DNA of 63,871 bases, the filler included, from Saprolegnia diclina VS20 (Eukaryota): NCBI RefSeq assembly GCF_000281045.1. It is 3 parts of 2 records of this genome, joined end to end, with 100 filler letters (N's around TTAATTAATTAA, not from the genome) between each part and the next. Parts side by side here need not be neighbours in the genome. Positions count along the whole stretch, not along the records: positions 1 to 25,839 come from NW_008246152.1; 2 more parts are not named here. One strand, 5' to 3'. A program made the position numbers and the translations under genes. Within the stretch, counting starts at the first letter, position 1; each line of letters starts with the position of its first letter. The notes beneath the pieces are model-generated. The model did not search any database. It was not told the origin of the DNA and worked only from the letters and a program-made list of their open reading frames with translations. Positions 12,260-24,642 of the stretch are shown here, in pieces.

Positions 12260-14457
12260 CTAGTAGCCGTACTTGTCGTTGAGCGCCGTGCGGCCGTCGC
12301 CGGTTTGGTTGGCAGGCGGCTGCCACACGCTCTCACCGCCTTCAAGGACGCCGTCGTCAAACACTTTGGCTGCCTTGGCCGCATTCGGTCGTTGGCGCTT
12401 GGGCTTGGCCTTGGGCTCGGTCGACGGGACTGGGCGCTTCTTCTGGCTTGCCCCTTCTGGCTCGAGCGAGCGTACCGTACGCACGGGCTCTTCCGGTGGC
12501 GTCAGCGTGCGCTCGCTCATCTCCCGTAGATGAAATGCAGGGTCGCCATGCGTCTCGATGGGCACAGGCGCGTTGATGGGCGGCGTGGATGGCCGTGCCG
12601 GCAGCTGCGGGTCGGCTGCCGGTTCTGTCACGGCGACCGGCGCCGCTACCTGCTCGGCTACCGCAGGAGCTACTGGGGCAGCTACGGATGTGGACTCGGC
12701 GTCCGGTGCAAATGCCACGACTGGTGGTGGCTTCTCGACAACCTTGTCGAGCGCGGGTGTCGCAATCGCTAGCAACTTTTCTTGCTCTTCAATGAGCGCC
12801 TGAAGTCGCGTTGTCTCGGCTTGCAGCTTGGTGCGCTGGTCGGCGACGAGCGCTGCATTAGACGCTTGCAGATACGCATCCAGACTGTCGTCGGCGTCGG
12901 TGCTCGTCGTCCTACACACTCGCATGTACCTTCATGCCACATGGGATCGCGTCGTACGTGGCAGCCGCTGCTTCGTTCTTTAGATACTGCGCTTGGATCG
13001 TCTCGAGCTGGTGCGTGAGCGCGCGCACGTTGGCGCGAATCGAGTCGGCGGTCAAGACGCGCGGCGCGGCCGAGAGCGGAACGTGCTTTTTGGTGGCGTG
13101 GGCTTTGGTACGGTCGTAGAAATCGTCGTCGTCGTCGTCGTTGTACATTGTCGATGCCTTGGCTTTGGTCGCGGCTTTGGTCGCGCCTAGTCGTAATAGG
13201 AGATTGTAGAATCGACTAACGAATAAGGATACGTACTGGCTTCCTTTTTCGCCTCGAGCTGCGCCTTTTGCGACAGCCGCTGCGTCTGCTTGGCCTGCAG
13301 CGTCGCTTCGATGGTTTGAATGTCTTCTTGCAGCTGCGCAATCCGGGCTTCGTTCTTGTCTAGAGGACATTGTATCAACTGCGAGGAGAAGAGTATCAAG
13401 GTACCGAGCGCGGCTTGCTGGCCGTCGGTCAACCCCATGCCTTGCTTGGCTCGAATTCGCTCGGATTCGGTGCGGAGGTTCTCCATCTTTTGCATGCGAG
13501 CCTGAAGACGGGTGTACAGCGCCGTGTCTTTGGCCGAGATCGATTCTTTTGTGACGCTCGAGACATACGGACCCGAGACGTCCTTGCGCTAAAGTATCAA
13601 GGTGTCAACCGTTGCCAAACGCCATTCGCGATATATGCACGCATACATCGCGCAAGTAGTCGGGCAAACTCTCTTGCCGCGCGGTTTTGGCCGTGGGTTG
13701 CCGGCGCGTGTCGCCGGCTTCGTCGTCGCTGCTGTCGTCGTGGTCAGCGTCGTCGTCCTCTTCTTCCGCGTCTTCGCCAAAGCCCCACGAGATGCCATCG
13801 TCGCAAGCACTTGGCTGCTTTGGCGGTCGCTTCTTCTCAGTCAGCTATGTTCGTTTGAGTCCGAGCACCAAGCCGTCGAGGAGACGAGGACGCACCGATG
13901 CGCGGAGCTTCTCCAAGTTGGTCGAGCTACAGCATCAAGCATGTGGTCAGCCGAGGATGACGCTGCAGCATCGTCGGTACTTGTATTCGCCGGGCATGAG
14001 CTCGGGCGGGCCAAGGATCGTGTAGATGCGCGTCGACTCGCCAAAGACGACCACGTCGCCGACGTACAGCTGCGTGTACTCGCTGGGCGGGAGGCGCTGC
14101 TTGTTGACATGCGTGCCATGGGTGCTCTTGAGATCGACGACAAAGAGCGTGCCTACGCGCCGCCATGAGCAATGGCTACGTGCGGCAATGGGACCGCACC
14201 GTCGGCGTTAAACTGCAGCGCGGCGTGGGTGCGCGAGACAGACGGATGCTGCAGCACGAGGTCGCAGAGCGGCTCCATGCGGCCTAGAGCACGATGAGCC
14301 TTGTTCGCCGTCATGAGGCCGACGCACCGACAACGAAGAAGGGCTTGGCGTCCAGCGCGACCGTGTCCAAGATGACGCCGCTCTTGATGACCTCGAGCGA
14401 GAGGCCATGGACGTTCTGCCCGCCGTCGGCCCACTCGGGTGGCACGTACGCTGTCAT
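12260..14457 (-). CDS. SLC4A1AP: Kanadaptin (FHA-domain nuclear protein), multi-exon
   Basis: N-terminus MTAYVPPEW..SLEVIKSG; FHA motifs GR..CD..LQHPSVSRTHAALQ, DLKSTHGTHVN, FGESTRIY; DDFYDRT; family-typical end WQPPANQTGDGRTALNDKYGY*. Confidence 0.92.
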
Positions 14458-14472
14458 CTTGTCGACTTTTGG

Positions 14473-14600
14473 CCAATTGCACGTGCTTGTCGCTTTAGCG
14501 CACGTGGATTGGCTGTATTTACCAGGTTTTTAGCCAATGCAAAATTCATAGGAACCGCACGCACCGATTGGGCTTTTCGAGCGTGCCAGTGTTTGATTGG
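14473..14600. promoter_or_regulatory. Cluster of five CCAAT/ATTGG boxes
   Basis: CCAAT 14473, ATTGG 14508, CCAAT 14534, ATTGG 14567, ATTGG 14596, immediately upstream of the kanadaptin ATG. Confidence 0.55.
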
Positions 14601-15202
14601 CCAAAAGTGGGATACGCGATGTCGCTCCTGAAGCTACAGCAACGACAGAGATCTACCGGTATCACGACAGGTCCATATTGGGTCGCAATGACACTATCAA
14701 GGTAATAGTATTATACTAACGTTAGCGTTTTGTTAGGCTGGCTATTGCTATCAGAGTCCTCAGTGTCTTTACACAAAGTGGCGGGCCAAGTCTGCTTAAG
14801 TGAGCGATCCATCCAAACCCAACTACATGTAGACAGTTTGCCCCAAAAGAGATAGTGCTGAAACACAGCCCTTTGCGGTGCTGACAATAGACACAGTTAG
14901 GAGCTATTGATGCGTCGCGACAACTACACGAGGACTCTTAAAGAAGTGAAGGTGTGCCTACGCTCGCTGGATCGACTCGTAGTTCGTGTATGTGTCTAGC
15001 ACCTAGTGCTTAGTGCCGCACGAAATAGATTAGTGATTTCAATTCGAGCTACGGGCATCCTGTGTCCAACTCGGCCACTTTGCTCAACCTATCGACTCGC
15101 CGGCTAAAGAAGCGTGTTTCTAGCCACCTTTCAAACTCGATATGAACAGTATCATGTTGTAGAGGGGTTTGCGTCTGTGCCAGTCAAGGAAGCAGCCGCA
15201 AC

Positions 15203-15571
15203 ATGAGCAGCAAGGAAGAGATGGACGACGAGATCCGCGAGCAGGACCGCTTCCTGCCGACGGCCAACATCTCCCGCATCATGAAGGTCTCGCTGCCCAA
15301 CACCGCCAAGATTGCCAAGGACGGCAAGGAGACGGTCCAGGAGTGCGTCTCGGAGTTCATCTCGTTCATCACGTCCGAGGCGAGCGACAAGTGCCAGCAG
15401 GAGAAGCGCAAGACGATCAACGGCGACGACATCATCTGGGCCATGAGCACGCTGGGCTTTGACGCGTACGTCGAGCCGCTCAAGCTCTACTTGCAAAAGT
15501 ACCGCGAAAGCGTCAAGGTCGAAAAGTCGGACAAGAAGGACAACGTCGGGTCGTTCGGCGCCTCGTCGTAG
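15203..15571 (+). CDS. NFYB: Nuclear transcription factor Y subunit B (histone fold), copy 1
   Basis: [17 protein letters not shown]...[56 protein letters not shown]; intronless. Confidence 0.97.
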   Translation: MSSKEEMDDEIREQDRFLPTANISRIMKVSLPNTAKIAKDGKETVQECVSEFISFITSEASDKCQQEKRKTINGDDIIWAMSTLGFDAYVEPLKLYLQKYRESVKVEKSDKKDNVGSFGASS

Positions 15572-16107
15572 GGTGTACCTCGCTTAATCTATTGCCGTGC
15601 TTGTCACCGACATGCTTGGTGGATCCCCGCCGATGATCATACAGCTAGCTGCATGAAGCTTTGCCCGCGCGAGTGAGCAAGCGTGGATGCATCATTGCAT
15701 TCGTTCGTCGACCAGGCAGCCTGGCACCGCCGACTCAACCCCTAGCATTGGATCATTGGTGCGACAGCATGAGGACGCAGAGACGACGCATGTAGCGCGA
15801 GGCGACGCTGTGCTATTCCCTCGCAGCGACGTATCAAAGCCGAGCGGCTTGCGTCGCCACATGGTGCGTTGCCTGCGCCACGCCACGTAGCGAGAAGGCG
15901 AGAGCCATGGTCGCTTGAGCGTGCGTGGCCTTGCGCATCTACCATTATCGTCAAGGTGGAGCGTGCCAAGTTCGTCCGTCGCACGATGATGCTTGCTACG
16001 TCGTCGGGTTGTCGGGTGGCAGTTCGCTGCGGCGCGCCGTCGCGCCATGTTGCATGGCCTCGCTGCATGACATAGACGCACAAAATACATTAGTCGGTTC
16101 CATCTAC

Positions 16108-16476
16108 CTACGACGAGGCGCCGAACGACCCGACGTTGTCCTTCTTGTCCGACTTTTCGACCTTGACGCTCTCGCGGTACTTTTGCAAGTAGAGCTTGAG
16201 CGGCTCGACGTACGCGTCAAAGCCCAGCGTGCTCATGGCCCAGATGATGTCGTCGCCGTTGATCGTCTTGCGCTTCTCCTGCTGGCACTTGTCGCTCGCC
16301 TCGGACGTGATGAACGAGATGAACTCCGAGACGCACTCCTGGACCGTCTCCTTGCCGTCCTTGGCAATCTTGGCGGTGTTGGGCAGCGAGACCTTCATGA
16401 TGCGGGAGATGTTGGCCGTCGGCAGGAAGCGGTCCTGCTCGCGGATCTCGTCGTCCATCTCTTCCTTGCTGCTCAT
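16108..16476 (-). CDS. NFYB: Nuclear transcription factor Y subunit B, copy 2 (identical protein, inverted)
   Basis: Reverse complement of 15203-15571; one synonymous difference seen (GAA/GAG in YRES). Confidence 0.97.
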   Translation of the reverse strand: MSSKEEMDDEIREQDRFLPTANISRIMKVSLPNTAKIAKDGKETVQECVSEFISFITSEASDKCQQEKRKTINGDDIIWAMSTLGFDAYVEPLKLYLQKYRESVKVEKSDKKDNVGSFGASS

Positions 16477-18093
16477 GGTCGTCGAAGGCGTGTGCTGGAC
16501 TGCCATACAAATGCCAGGCCAGTTTAAAACCTCTATTTTTGAATACTCTTCGGGATTACAAAAGAAAGGTTCCGGATACCATACCAAGCGAAGTTCGAAT
16601 TTGAACTGCGTATCCGGCTCCGCGCCAAAACGCAAAACGCAAAACTCAAAATCGCACGCCAAAATGCCAAAAACCCAGCCATCTCTTGCAGCGACAATCG
16701 CAATGTAAAATCGAGGGACACAGCTAGAGTATAGTAGATGATACTAGCAGCAGCCAGCATTTTCGGCCAACTACACTTTAGCAGAGGTGCTTGAAGAGAA
16801 CATTCTTTCCCAAGAACACCACACTAAGATCTTAAGTGTCAAAAAACGGAGATGGTGGTCGTGGACATGACGTGTCAAGGACGTGGTCCACTGGCCAAAT
16901 GATCACGAAGAGGGACTACACGATGAGCAAAGCTAATCTATGCGACTAGTACGGGCAGCCGCACGCATTTATTGGCGCTCGCCGACAGGCGCTGGCGAAA
17001 ATATTCGAGACCAAGTTCCCTCGCGTCCGCCTGCGCAATTCGGTGTGTTGATGGTGTCGGTGTAGTATTGTTTATCTGGAGCTCCAGAGTATCGTATCAT
17101 GCTCAGACAAGGTGGGGACTGAGCGAACAGCGGGCCTTTCGCGCCAAAATTTGCCGCGGATTTCGAGACTGCTGTTGCACGACAACTTGTCCATGGACAT
17201 GCGAGAACGCAAAAATGAACTTTTTACTGCAAATACAATCGGCATCGATAGTACTAGTACAGTATACGACCTCGATCATGGATTTTGAGGTTTCACCAAG
17301 CTAAAATACAGGACAGGTTTCCGCCGAGAGGAAAGATCCATGCAGCCCAAGCACATTCGTTTTGGTAAGCGATTTGACTGGACGCTTGGCTGCTCAGATA
17401 GGCCGCCTTCAACTGCAAGTACGCGATTGAGAAGCGCGAAATTCAGCCCGCGCGATCCAGTCAAAGATGCGCGATCGCAAGGGATTTTCCCCCATAACCT
17501 CGCTTGTGAGGGCGGACTCGCCAAATATTGGAAATGTTGGTGAGGTTAGATGCACGTGGGACTCGTTTAGGAAGGGCGACTGCCCATTACCGCTTGATTT
17601 TGAAGAAAAAGATGCATAGGATACACTAAATGTGTGCGCTAGACAGGCGCACCAACTTGAATGCTGCGTTTCGTGTAGTACTACAGGCGATTCCCGTAAG
17701 GTCCACACATAGCGTCGCGTTGCAAGCGGGTCTCGACCCAAGTTCTTTCCCGTTGGTATTGATGAAGCACGCCAGCGCCGAGGTAGCTCCAGTTCTCGTC
17801 GCCAGCTGCGTGCTGCGAGCAGATCCAAATCAGATCCAAACACATTGCCAGATCCTGTATCCAAAGAGCCTCGGTTTGTATACCCTACGAAAACCAAGTA
17901 TAAAAATCCAGCCAATCCCAAGGCGCCAAGATCGTCAGCGTCATAAAATGGCTTTTCCCATACAAACTCCAAGGTGCAAGGGCCAGCCAAAATATACCCC
18001 GCCAAGCGCGACGGCCGCGCGGGGTTATCAGATGCCGACGCCGTGACATGGTCCTGCGTCAAGTCCCACGCGTTTCGACGATGCAAGTGAGAT

Positions 18094-18110
18094 TGCACTT
18101 TCGAATTTGC
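18094..18110 (+). promoter_or_regulatory. Oomycete Inr+FPR-like core promoter of the Kazal gene
   Basis: TGCACTTTCGAATTTGC about 35 nt upstream of ATG 18145, resembling the oomycete CAYTYY / AWTTTNC core elements. Confidence 0.5.
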
Positions 18111-18144
18111 TCGTCGTCCAGCACCACATCACCAAAACTACAGC

Positions 18145-18798
18145 ATGCAGCTCTCGCTTGGTCTGCTTGTCGCGGTCGCCGCGACCCTCGCCCACGCCGA
18201 TAATGCGTGCGAGAAGGCGTGCACCAAGGATATGAAGCCGGTCTGCGGCTCGGACGGCGTCACGTACAACAACGAGTGCCTCCTCCAGAACGCGCAGTGC
18301 ACGAACGCGACGATGATCGCAGTCCCGTGCGGCAACAAGGTCTGCGCGATGCTCTGCGACAAGATGTACGCGCCGGTGTGCGGCAGCGACAACAACACGT
18401 ACAACACCGAGTGCGAGCTCAAGAACAAGGCGTGCAACAACCCGGCGCTGACAGTCGCCAAGAAGGGCGAGTGCGACCTCTGCCCCAAGGTCTGCAACGA
18501 CGTGCTCAACGAAGTGTGCGGCTCGGACGGCAAGACGTACAACAACAACTGCGAACTCCTCAAGGCTGCGTGCGCCAAGCCGTCCGAGAAGCTCACGGTT
18601 GCGTCGACGGGCGCGTGCGGTGCCACGAGCGCGCCGACCACGGGCTCGACCCCGACCAAGGCGCCAACGACTGCACCGACGACCGCCCCCACCAAGGCGC
18701 CGACGCCTGCCCCGACTGCGCCGTCGTCGGCGTCCATGGCGTCCATCTCGGCAATCGCGCTTGCTACGGTGGCCGTCCTCGCCAACTACATGGCCTAA
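18145..18798 (+). CDS. Secreted three-domain Kazal-type serine protease inhibitor with Thr/Pro stalk and probable GPI signal
   Basis: Signal peptide; three 6-Cys Kazal units (CTKDMKPVCGSDGVTYNNEC, CDKMYAPVCGSDNNTYNTEC, CNDVLNEVCGSDGKTYNNNC); TxAP repeats; hydrophobic C-terminus. Confidence 0.95.
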   Translation: MQLSLGLLVAVAATLAHADNACEKACTKDMKPVCGSDGVTYNNECLLQNAQCTNATMIAVPCGNKVCAMLCDKMYAPVCGSDNNTYNTECELKNKACNNPALTVAKKGECDLCPKVCNDVLNEVCGSDGKTYNNNCELLKAACAKPSEKLTVASTGACGATSAPTTGSTPTKAPTTAPTTAPTKAPTPAPTAPSSASMASISAIALATVAVLANYMA

Positions 18799-19152
18799 GG
18801 GTTTAGGGCTACGGCGTCGTAGCAACCACTGCCCAATGAAGCAATACATGTCGTCCTTGCGTCCATTTTTGATCGACGTTGTGTTGTCTATTGTTCGCAC
18901 CACGGATATCAATTGAACAGCGGGTATAGTCCATCTACGTCCGACCGCCGACACCCCGCAAGAAGAAAGTGCAAGCTATAAGAACTAGGATGATCCAAAC
19001 CTTCAAGACGTGGCCCGCTGATAGTGAGAGGGTGCGTCGATTCGATATGTTCTCAAGAGCACCTTTGGCGATGCTACACGAGGTCTATACATAAGTTAAT
19101 CTAGTTTTCGTCCCCATCGGACGTTGCGATAAATGCAAGATGCCATCTATTG

Positions 19153-20429
19153 CTATGGCAGCTTCTTGGTGGGCGGCTTGCGCGCATACCCGGCAGGGGG
19201 TGCTTCACTCGACGCTTTTCGCGGACTCCCATCCTCTTTGAGAGCAAAGTGCTGCTGCTGCGCAAGCTCGCGCTGGTGGAGCTGGACCCACACCTACGCA
19301 AGATGTCCTGCATTGAAACTCAAACTCAAAATCATACCGCGTGCTCGCGGACTTTGGCCTGAAACAACTGCGTCTCTTCGACGATTTGTGCACGTTCTTT
19401 CGTCTTCTCGGGCAAGTTGGCGCCTGGGGTTTTCGCCCGCAGCGGCTCTTCGAGCGCCACGACCGCGGGTTTCTCAAGGATCGGGGTGTGGAGCGATTGC
19501 ATGGTCTTGGCGGTCACGACGTGCGGCTCGGCCTCGATCGCCGTCATCGACTCGCGCAGCGACATCTGATCGTCGTTGGACAATACGACTTGGTCGGTGG
19601 CTGCAAAGAGGTAGCGCAGCTTGAACTCGACAACGATCGGCGTCGTTGCGCGCGTGTGCTCGACCCAGAACGAGTAAATGAGGTTGCCTACGCCATATCA
19701 TATCATTTAGGACAGGGATCCCAGCACGATTATAGTACCTGGGAACGGTGTACCATGGAGCTTGGCGGGTCCGCCACCAAGAAAAAAAAACGAGTCGCTG
19801 TCGTAGAGCACGGCTTGGGGCACGGTCGTTGTCCCCGAGAGGTCGGTCACGCGCAAGAGGAGGCGACCGGGACCCGTGGCCGACTCCAACACGAGCTGTT
19901 CGTGGGCGCGGAGTACAAACACGATGGGCGGTTGGTGCGGCAGCAGCGTACTTTGCAGCGCCTTCGCAAAGCACACGACTGAGTTGGGTGGCGCTGGAAA
20001 CATCTCGGCGCCAACGTCAAAGTAGTTGGCTTCGGCTTCCATGAGATCGCGGGCAATGTGCCCGGGCAAGTGAAATTGATCCGTCTTGTACCACTCGAGG
20101 AGGATGCTAAAGAGTGACGGGTTGCGGTCGAGAAATATCGTGTTCGCGCTCGTGCTACTACAGCCACAGAGCGCAATGCGGTGCAGCCGCGCATGCGGGA
20201 CCTTTTCGAGCACGTGCAGTTTGCACGGAAAGAGAATGCCGCCCACATCAAACGTGATCACGTCCGACGCGTCGCCTTCGTCATGGGGGGATGGCGCCTG
20301 TGGTCGTGGGGGGCGGGGGGGCCGTGGCCGCTTTGGTGGTGATACACTGGCGTCACTCGGAGGCTTGCTCGAGCGCAAGCTCTCGTCCCCGTCACAAAAT
20401 GTATTCGTCTCGACGATGTCGGTGTCCAT
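19153..20429 (-). CDS. BTB/POZ (KCTD/T1-type) domain protein, about 3 exons
   Basis: VITFDVGGILF...IFLDRNPSLFSILLEWYKT...EANYFDV; last exon VWVQLHQRELAQQQHF...KKLP*. Confidence 0.85.
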
Positions 20430-20555
20430 GCGGGAAAGGCCGGCGACACGGAGTATCGACTTGACGTTTGCGTTGTCAGACTCAACGCCCGAGCTAAATT
20501 AAGCCAACGCAAATAAGTGTAAAATCGTCTTGGGGCGAAAAGAGTGCTGAGGGCA

Positions 20556-21916
20556 ATGGCCCGCGTGTCGCCGACGACCGACGAGTTGAGAAGCCCGCTA
20601 AGCAGTTGCGGCCAAAACTCGACCAAAAAGCGGGCACCCAAGGCACACCTTAGCCTCGACACGAGCGACGAGCGCGACGACGACCCGCTCACGGCCGCTG
20701 TGCTTGCTGCGCTCGATGCTAGTATTCTCTACGACAATGAAGGGTATTATCGACATGTAAACGCAGCAATTCCCATGACACTCTGTTCTAGAGTCGCTCT
20801 GGAGGCGTTCCGGGCGCGCCTCGGGTCGTCCGAGGTCCGTGCCGACTTCAAAATCAAAATGCTACTCGACATGCTGGCGACTGTGCGAGCGACGCACCTC
20901 TCCAAGGTAATCAACCTCAACGACGCCGAGTGTCTTGACGCCTGTGTAGGAGTCGCTCGAGATTGCATGGCACCGCATCGTCGACGAAGAGCGGCGTGAT
21001 CTTTTAGAGCTCACGACGTCGACGCCGCCGACGTCCGCGCGCGACTCGGTCGCGTCCGTGCCGAGACCGAGTACGTCGGGCGCGCCATCGAAATTGTCGC
21101 AGGCCAAGTCCAAGCGCAAGCAGGCCGAGTACGACGCCAAGCTACTCGCGAACCGCCTCGCACTTCTCAAGCAAGAGGAGCAGAAAGCGTGGCGCAAGAT
21201 CGAGCAAACGCGCGAAAAAGCGCAGCAGATTCTCGAACACCGCGAAGAAGTTGTCAAGAAGCAGCAAGACCGGCATTTGTTTTTGCATGCACGCGAGGTC
21301 GAGACGCGGACTGCGACCAAGAAGCACAAGCTCGCGGCCAAGGTCCGATTCTCAATTTGTGTGTGAGAATGAACACAATATTGTCATGTATACTAGACCT
21401 CGGTCATCAAGAAACGGCAAGCCGCGATTAGCATAATCTCGCGCAAGTACCAAGAAGTCGACACGGTCAAGCAGGAGCGGCGTCGGCTCAAGATTGAAAA
21501 AGAGCGCCAAGCGCAAGCCGAGGTCGAGCGCGCGCGGGAAAAGAGAGAGCTTGTGCGGCACCAGGAAGAAGAGGTATAGATAGACACGCGATGTAGAGTG
21601 GACTAAGCCATGTCCATCTCGTAGCTGCGGAAGAAGCGCCTGAAAGAACGTGTGGTCGCCGAGAAGCAAGCGGTCGCGCGGTGCGCTTTTCTACCATCTT
21701 GATGCATGCAAATGACGAGGAAGCTCATGGATGCGGATGTGTAGCTACCGGCAGAGCGTCGAGGAAGAGGAAGTCATGCTCCGCGAACAGCGCAAGCGGG
21801 TCGCGGCCATGGAGCGTGCGGAGCTCGAGCTCATTCAGCGCCTTCAGAGCACCCAGCTCCTCCAGCGCCAAGCGTACAACGAGCTCGAGAAGGCACTTAT
21901 TCGCACGGAAATGTGA
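20556..21916 (+). CDS. Coiled-coil hypothetical protein, multi-exon
   Basis: AEYDAKLLANRLALLKQEEQKAWRKIEQT...MERAELELIQRLQSTQLLQRQAYNELEKAL; short GT-AG introns; divergent from the BTB gene with about 125 bp between ATGs. Confidence 0.8.
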
Positions 21917-22358
21917 TGACCACTAGACAATATAGGACCCTTAATATACTAAACTATCGCAATCGCAAACGCTACGGAGTTCGATGGGCGGCGCCAAATC
22001 TCGGCCCACTTCAACTTCCGGATAAAGCATACGGATACGAGCACCAACCACGCGGGCCACACCATGTTTGCAATGGCCCACCCCCGATGTGAGGGAATCG
22101 GTTCTTGGTCGCCCTTTCTAGACGCCACCGGAACGCCGCTGCGTCGTCTCGCACCTCGAACGTCTCGACAAACGCGTTTTCATACCGGTATATCGGTGCA
22201 TCGGCGCAGGGCTACGGCAACGGGATGTACATTCTTTAAAAACAATATTTTACCTTTTGTTTGGAGAGAACCACCCACAAATCCAAGCCAATCAAATGGT
22301 ACCCGCCTGTCCTGGCCAGTTTGCACCAGCGTTTTGCAGGAAGACGACGACGACAAGC

Positions 22359-24074
22359 ATGAGCGCTGCGGCCAAGGAAAAGGGTGCTAGTGAGTACCAT
22401 GCACAGAAGAAGATGATTGAGCGTCTCCTCTCGAGCGCCAATGGTACACTCTGCATGCGACCTCTCTGATCGCTCACCTTATTTCGCGCAGACGGCGACC
22501 TTGCCGAGCTCGAAGTGGCCGTCAACAGCATCGTTGCGACGACGGGCCAGTCGCTCTCCAAGGGCGACGTCTTGAGCGACTTCAAAGACGCGCACAAGCG
22601 GTCGGCGATCCACTTTGCGGCGCTCAAGGGCCGTCGCAAGGTGCTGGCGTACATCCTCGAGAACTCGCCATCAAGCTTGAACCTTCCGGACGAAGACGGC
22701 CGGACGCCGCTCTTGTACGCGATCAAGGCCAACGAGTTTGCGACCGCCAAGAGCCTCCTCGTACGACACCTCGTTTAGTTGAGCAAGGCGATTGTTAAAC
22801 CATTGCGCTAGGTCGACCACAAGGCGGATGCGAACCTCGCGGCCAACAACGGAACGTCGTGCCTGCACGAGGCCGCGGCCAACGGCTCGGTGCGCGCGAT
22901 CAAGCTCCTCGCCGAGCATGGTGCGCAGCTGGAAGCGGCGACGCCCAACGGCACGCCGCTGCACATGGCCGTGAGCGAAGACCAGGAGAAGGCGGTCGAA
23001 AGCCTCTTGGCGCTGCACGCCAACGTCGACGCGCGCAACCAGCACGGCATCACGCCCTTGCTGCTTGCAACGCTCATGCACAAGCCGGCGGTCGCCGCGC
23101 TCTTGCTGCGTGCGGGTGCCGACATGACGGTGCGTTCTATCGATTTGATGGCGTGCCGATGACTAACAAAGTCTACGATAGGTCAACATCATGCCGGGTA
23201 TCACGGCCGTCCACGTCGCGGCGGAAACGGGCTTTACGGGCATCATCGAAGCCATGCTGACGGAGCGCGCGGTGGACACACAGACGATCGCCAACCAGCG
23301 CTCCGAGGCCGGGTACGTTGTTGCTGAATTTTTCGACCATTTTTTGCATCATTTTTCATGATTTTTCATCGCGCAAGTAGCTTGACGCCGCTCGAGCTCG
23401 CGGCTGGTATGGGCCATGCCGCCGTGGTGCGGCTCTTGCAGCCGTTCACGGTCGGCTTTGAGTCGCAGGACGTGGACGCGATCCTTGCCAAGGAGCAGGC
23501 GCGGGTACTCGGTTTTTCATTTTAAACAGTCGGGCCTGAATGGAGTGCTGCGTAGGTGGCCAACGAAGTGCATACACCGGTCGTGGTGGCGCCGACGACG
23601 ACCGAGGCCGAGGCGACTGCCGCCAACGACGACGACGACGACGACGTTGTCTTGCCGCCGATGGTGGCCGTCGACGACGCCACGGTCGCCAAGGCCAACG
23701 AAATCAAGGACCAAGGCAACGCGCTTTTTGTCAAGAAGCAGTACCCCGAGTCGATCGCTCTCTACACGCAGGCGCTGGCGCTCAACCCGTGCGACGCCTT
23801 GCTCTACAGCAACCGGTGCGCGGCGCACTTGGCGGCCGGTGATGCCAAGCAGGCGCTTCGGGACGTGCGCATCTCGCTCAAGCTCAAGCCCAACTGGGCC
23901 AAGGCACTCTTCCGCGAAGGCCAGTGCTTGGAGGCGCTCATGCGCTACGAAGACGCGGCCATGTCCATGTGGTCGGCCATGCAGCTGGCGCCCGAAGACA
24001 AGCTCATCAAGAAGCGCTTCCAGGCCTGTGTCCAGCGCGGTCGCGAAGAACACCAAGCGTCGTTGAAGAAGTAA
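22359..24074 (+). CDS. Ankyrin-repeat plus C-terminal TPR protein
   Basis: Ankyrin motifs SAIHFAALKG, GRTPLLYA, SCLHEAAANG, GTPLHMA, GITPLLLA; TPR KDQGNALF..Y..A..Y.NR..WAKALFREG. Confidence 0.92.
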
Positions 24075-24642
24075 AATACATACTAGTATGCCATTCTCGG
24101 CGTTTACGATGACATATCGACGAGTACTACATTAATGTAATGGGCGAGAGATGGGAAAGCAGCTTGACGCCAAGTGGGCAACAAGCACTGCCAACCGGGC
24201 GCGTCTGCAAGCAATAGAAATTGTAGACAATAGACGCCAGAACGACGACGTGTTCGTCAACGGCGCGGGTTGCCGTGGCAACTGCTCCGGACCTCAACAC
24301 ACCAAGTCGCTTTGCCCGCAGCTCGCGTTGATTCGACGAGGCTTTGAAAGGGTTAGGGTACCTTCTGACACTCGATTCACCTCCTCTAACTAGAGCGCAG
24401 CAGGATCGAGGACCGCGTCACATACGTACTCGGACACTTTGTAGTCTTTCATTGCTCTACTAACCTCGAACCCGACTAATACGATGCAAATTGCAGCGAG
24501 GGTGAATAAATGCATGTTTACACCTTGGCCCCAGATAACGTCACAGTCACCGCCCGGCCTTTGTCGGGCCGGTTCTAGCTGTGTTGTATCCGAGAGCATA
24601 ATTCAACAAGAAAATCATCAGAATTATGTACATATCGTCCAA

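Larger units (their letters stand above)
15203..16476. repeat. Inverted repeat: two 369-bp arms with a 536-bp spacer
   Basis: Arms coincide with the two NF-YB coding sequences. Confidence 0.95.

Noticed and set aside
13222..13236. GTATCCTT on the minus strand, resembling a U12-type 5' splice site, in kanadaptin
   Set aside because: The GTACGT donor 4 nt upstream gives the correct phase with the next exon; the U12-like site would shift the frame.
14640..15150. TpA-rich, ORF-free stretch suggesting a decayed transposon or RIP-like mutation
   Set aside because: No terminal repeats or transposase remnants; similar composition occurs in other intergenic regions of the window.
16972..18098. Several 60-230 aa ORFs between NF-YB copy 2 and the Kazal gene
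   Set aside because: No codon bias, domain motif or consistent splice structure.
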